NCBI GenBank assembly: GCA_030390025.1
Contig: CM059431.1
Coordinates: 123,072,001 to 123,136,000 of the forward strand
Reading direction: 5' to 3'
Source of the DNA: Squalus acanthias
Lineage: Eukaryota
Length of the DNA stretch: 64,000 nucleotides
In this document: positions 61,077-64,000 of the stretch, one piece after another
How positions within the stretch are numbered: position 1 is the stretch's first letter
Layout: each line of letters starts with the position of its first letter
Notes under the pieces: model-generated
Database searches by the model: none
Seen by the model: only the letters and a program-made list of their open reading frames with translations
Told to the model about the DNA's origin: nothing
Made by a program: the position numbers and the translations under genes

Positions 61077-61832
61077 TATATCTATAATTACAGAATAGTA
61101 CTTTCTGCATAGTGCAGTTGTTTGATAAGTACAGGTTCCCGTTCTCCAGATTCAGTCTTGTTGTTGAAAAATAAATTTAATTTAGACTATATCTATAAGA
61201 CATTTTTTAAATTATATTGAGCGGACAGCAATTCTCAACACAATGCTGGTTAACCAAAAGCCCAAACAGCCTTTGATAAATGAGGCAGGTGTTCGATAAA
61301 TATTATCACCTATGAGGGTTCTCCCGATATCTCCCTGTAACTTCAGAAGGAGATCTGTAGAAATCTTGGAGAAGTGATGTAACCAGCTGTAGTCTTGGAG
61401 GTGTTGTCATTCAGATGAGACGTTAAACCGAGGTCCTGATTGCCCTTTCAGGGGAACATAAATGATCCCATGGCAGGGGAATTCTCCTGATGTCCCGGAT
61501 AACATTTATCCCTCAGCCAATGCTACCAAAAACGCATTATCTGGTTGTTTACATAATTGCTGCTTGTAGGACTCTGCTACATGCAAAAAGGCTGCCATAT
61601 TGGCAAATAGGCACAGCAAATTGGCTGTTTTGGTTAAAGAACACCTGTGGTTTCTTGGCATGAGCCTTTGACATAAAAGCTGAGAGCCGTGCTCCCTTTG
61701 TTTACCAGACTCAGAGCTGCAAATGTTGTGGACCATGGTTGCCGATCTGGTTGCAGTGGCAAAGCTGCCTGATTAATTGACTTCCCTTACAGCCTACTGG
61801 TGCTCCCCTTCCCCCAACATACAGATCATGTA

Positions 61833-61902
61833 ATAACAACAGAAAATGCTGGAAATACTCAGCAGGTCAGGCAGCATCTGTGGAGAGAGAAACAGAGTTA
61901 AT
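61833..61902 (-). mobile_element. Penelope terminal repeat cut at the hammerhead by Harbinger copy C
   Basis: ATAACAACAGAAAATGCTGGAAATACTCAGCAGGTCAGGCAGCATCTGTGGAGAGAGAAACAGAGTTAAT followed directly by the TIR. Confidence 0.8.
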
Positions 61903-64000
61903 GGACTGGATTTTGTCATTGGGGGGCGGGCTGGGGTGGGTCAGGTGGTCGGTGGGTCACGACCCCGCCTCCGATGTGAGGCGGGATAATTGAGCAATTT
62001 TCCCCTAATTGGGCTCTTGATTTCCAGCGTGTGGGAACCCCTGGCCCAATGATTATTTTGATGCTGAAACTCGCCTCTGATGACATCATCTATGCAGCTG
62101 CATTTAAGGCCTGCAAGCAGCCTTGGTTCTTTTTCTGCCTTACAAGTTTTGCATTATACTACTGAGGGATTCGTGCTCCAACCATGTCAAGCAGCAGACC
62201 AAAGTGTGCACCCCGATTCAATGAGAACTCCCTCCAAGCTCTGGTGGATGGAGCAGGAGCGAATAAGGAAGTGCTGTTTCCTTCTTCAGGGAGGAAAAAG
62301 CCTCCCCAACAGACCAAAGCTGTGTGGCTGCAAGTGGCCCAGGAGGTGAATGCCATATCAATGTGCAGCAGAACCTGGCTGCAGTGCCGAATGAGGTTTC
62401 ATGACCTTCTCCGCACAGGAAAAGTGAGTATTCCATCCACATGACCCTCAATCTGATCCCCATCGCCTCTCATCACCAGCACTCTGCTTTGTCAACCTCC
62501 TTCTCCACATCCCACTTGACCCTTACATCCCTGGACCCTTAACCATTCCCTCTCTCTGTATGTGCATAGTCACTTAACTATTTGACTATGCAGCCCTCAC
62601 ACTCCCTATCACTGTGATGCAATGACAACAACTTGCAACACACAGGGAGGGCCCTTGGTATTGGCACCTCACTCCATCTTTGTGTCCTTCTAAGCATCTA
62701 TGCTATGGAGTCTCTACACTCACTCCTTCATTCTCACTCAAACTCCACTTGTGTCCCTCATTGCAGGAAAAGTGAGCCCACAATAAGAGGGAGAGAGCGA
62801 GGTTAGGAGGAGGGCCACCCTCAATAGCCCAGCTCACCACTGCAGAGGAGGCGGCCCTGAAAATCGTGGGAGTCGAGGAAGATGCGCAAGTGGGGGACGG
62901 ACAGACGGGAGCATCACAGCAAGCTGGTGACAGAATAGTTTTTCATCTCTCTCATTGACATTGCATGAGTGACTGATATTGATGCTAAAGCTCTAACAGA
63001 TTGACTTATGATCATCTGCACAATTCAATGTGCATGCAACATTTATCTCACATATCTAACCCTTTCCTTTACTCCCCCACAGGACCATCGACAGCCCCCC
63101 TCCCCACTGTCCAGGAGGAGCAGCCTGAGCCCCCAGACTCCTCAGAGGAAGCTGCAACCTCTGAGGGCGCAGCATCAGCAGAATTAAGCGCACCCAGCAC
63201 CATCGCAGACACTCAAACCTCAGTGGGACCTTCGGGAGATAGAGTAGTGTTGTCACCTGGTGTATCACAACTCACAAGTGAGCATCAGCAGATGGTGGAG
63301 ACAGGGACAGCAGTGGAGAGTCCTCGTCAGAGGGCACAGGACTCTCCCAGCTCGGCTCATCTGCATGTCGACCCTGTGCCTCTGAGTCCATCCAGAAGGA
63401 GAGCGGTGCTGGAACTCCAGGAGCAGGTGCAGGAGTCTCTGGCAGGTTTTGTCTCCAGGGTTGCTGCCAGTGTGGAGCGAATGGAGGAGTCCATCGCTAA
63501 CATGAGCAGAGCCTTTGTGGAGGCATTGGCACATGAACGCATCACCACGGAAAGGATGGCAACCTCCATGGAAAGGATGGCTACCTCCATGCTAAGGCTG
63601 GCTACCATAGAGGAGAGGGTGGCTACGGTAGAGGAGAGGATGGCTACGGCCATGAAGGAGATTAGTCACCAGGGTCTTGAAAACATGGTCATTGTTCAGA
63701 ATAGACTGACATCTTTTGAGGAGCGATGGTCAGCTATTGAGCAGAGAAACCAGATCTTCATGGAAGTCCTCTGGAGTAGGACTTCCAGTGCAGAAACGGG
63801 TCCTCATGGCCCAACTGAAGTGCAGCAAGGTGCTGTCAAGCCACTTGCTAGCTCTGAACTGGGGCTCACCCATGAGAGGAATGTTGGTGGCAGACAACAA
63901 GGAAGTGGGGGCGCCTCTCCAAGCGCTCACATGACCATGCCACTGCAGAGCCCTCGGCCAGAGCCCCACCAGAGTCCTCACCCAACTGAGATCAGCGTCT
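61903..64000. mobile_element. Harbinger copy C (runs off the window end)
   Basis: Left TIR GGACTGGATTTTGTCA; colinear with 26621-28720. Confidence 0.9.
62184..64000 (+). pseudogene. Harbinger Myb/SANT + coiled-coil gene, copy C (exons 62184-62423, 62767-62926, 63083->64000)
   Basis: All visible splice sites are GT-AG; exon 3 is open to the window end; one TGA at 62773 in exon 2. Confidence 0.88.

Overview
Eukaryotic, almost entirely transposon-derived DNA. A DeuSINE/SacSINE1-type SINE, CR1 and L2 LINEs and Penelope ends point to a cartilaginous fish (inference from repeat content). No host protein-coding gene can be supported. PIF/Harbinger DNA transposons dominate: one copy keeps a disrupted DDE transposase but has lost most of its Myb/SANT gene (5841-8350); three copies of a related subfamily carry a three-exon Myb/SANT + coiled-coil gene (20501-26468, 26621-31382, 61903-end), and the two complete ones share one deletion of the transposase core. 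About a dozen Harbinger MITEs with 3-bp TSDs are also present. Other content: three copies of a solo-LTR family, all nested in Harbingers; Penelope termini carrying minimal type I hammerhead ribozyme motifs (two near-intact in tandem, others hit by Harbinger insertions); CR1, L2 and RTE fragments; a hAT MITE; a pogo/Tigger-like MITE inside a 59-bp hairpin; and a possible decayed Ginger/Gypsy-type integrase. Family names come from pattern recognition, not database searches. Boundaries without TIR/TSD support are approximate.
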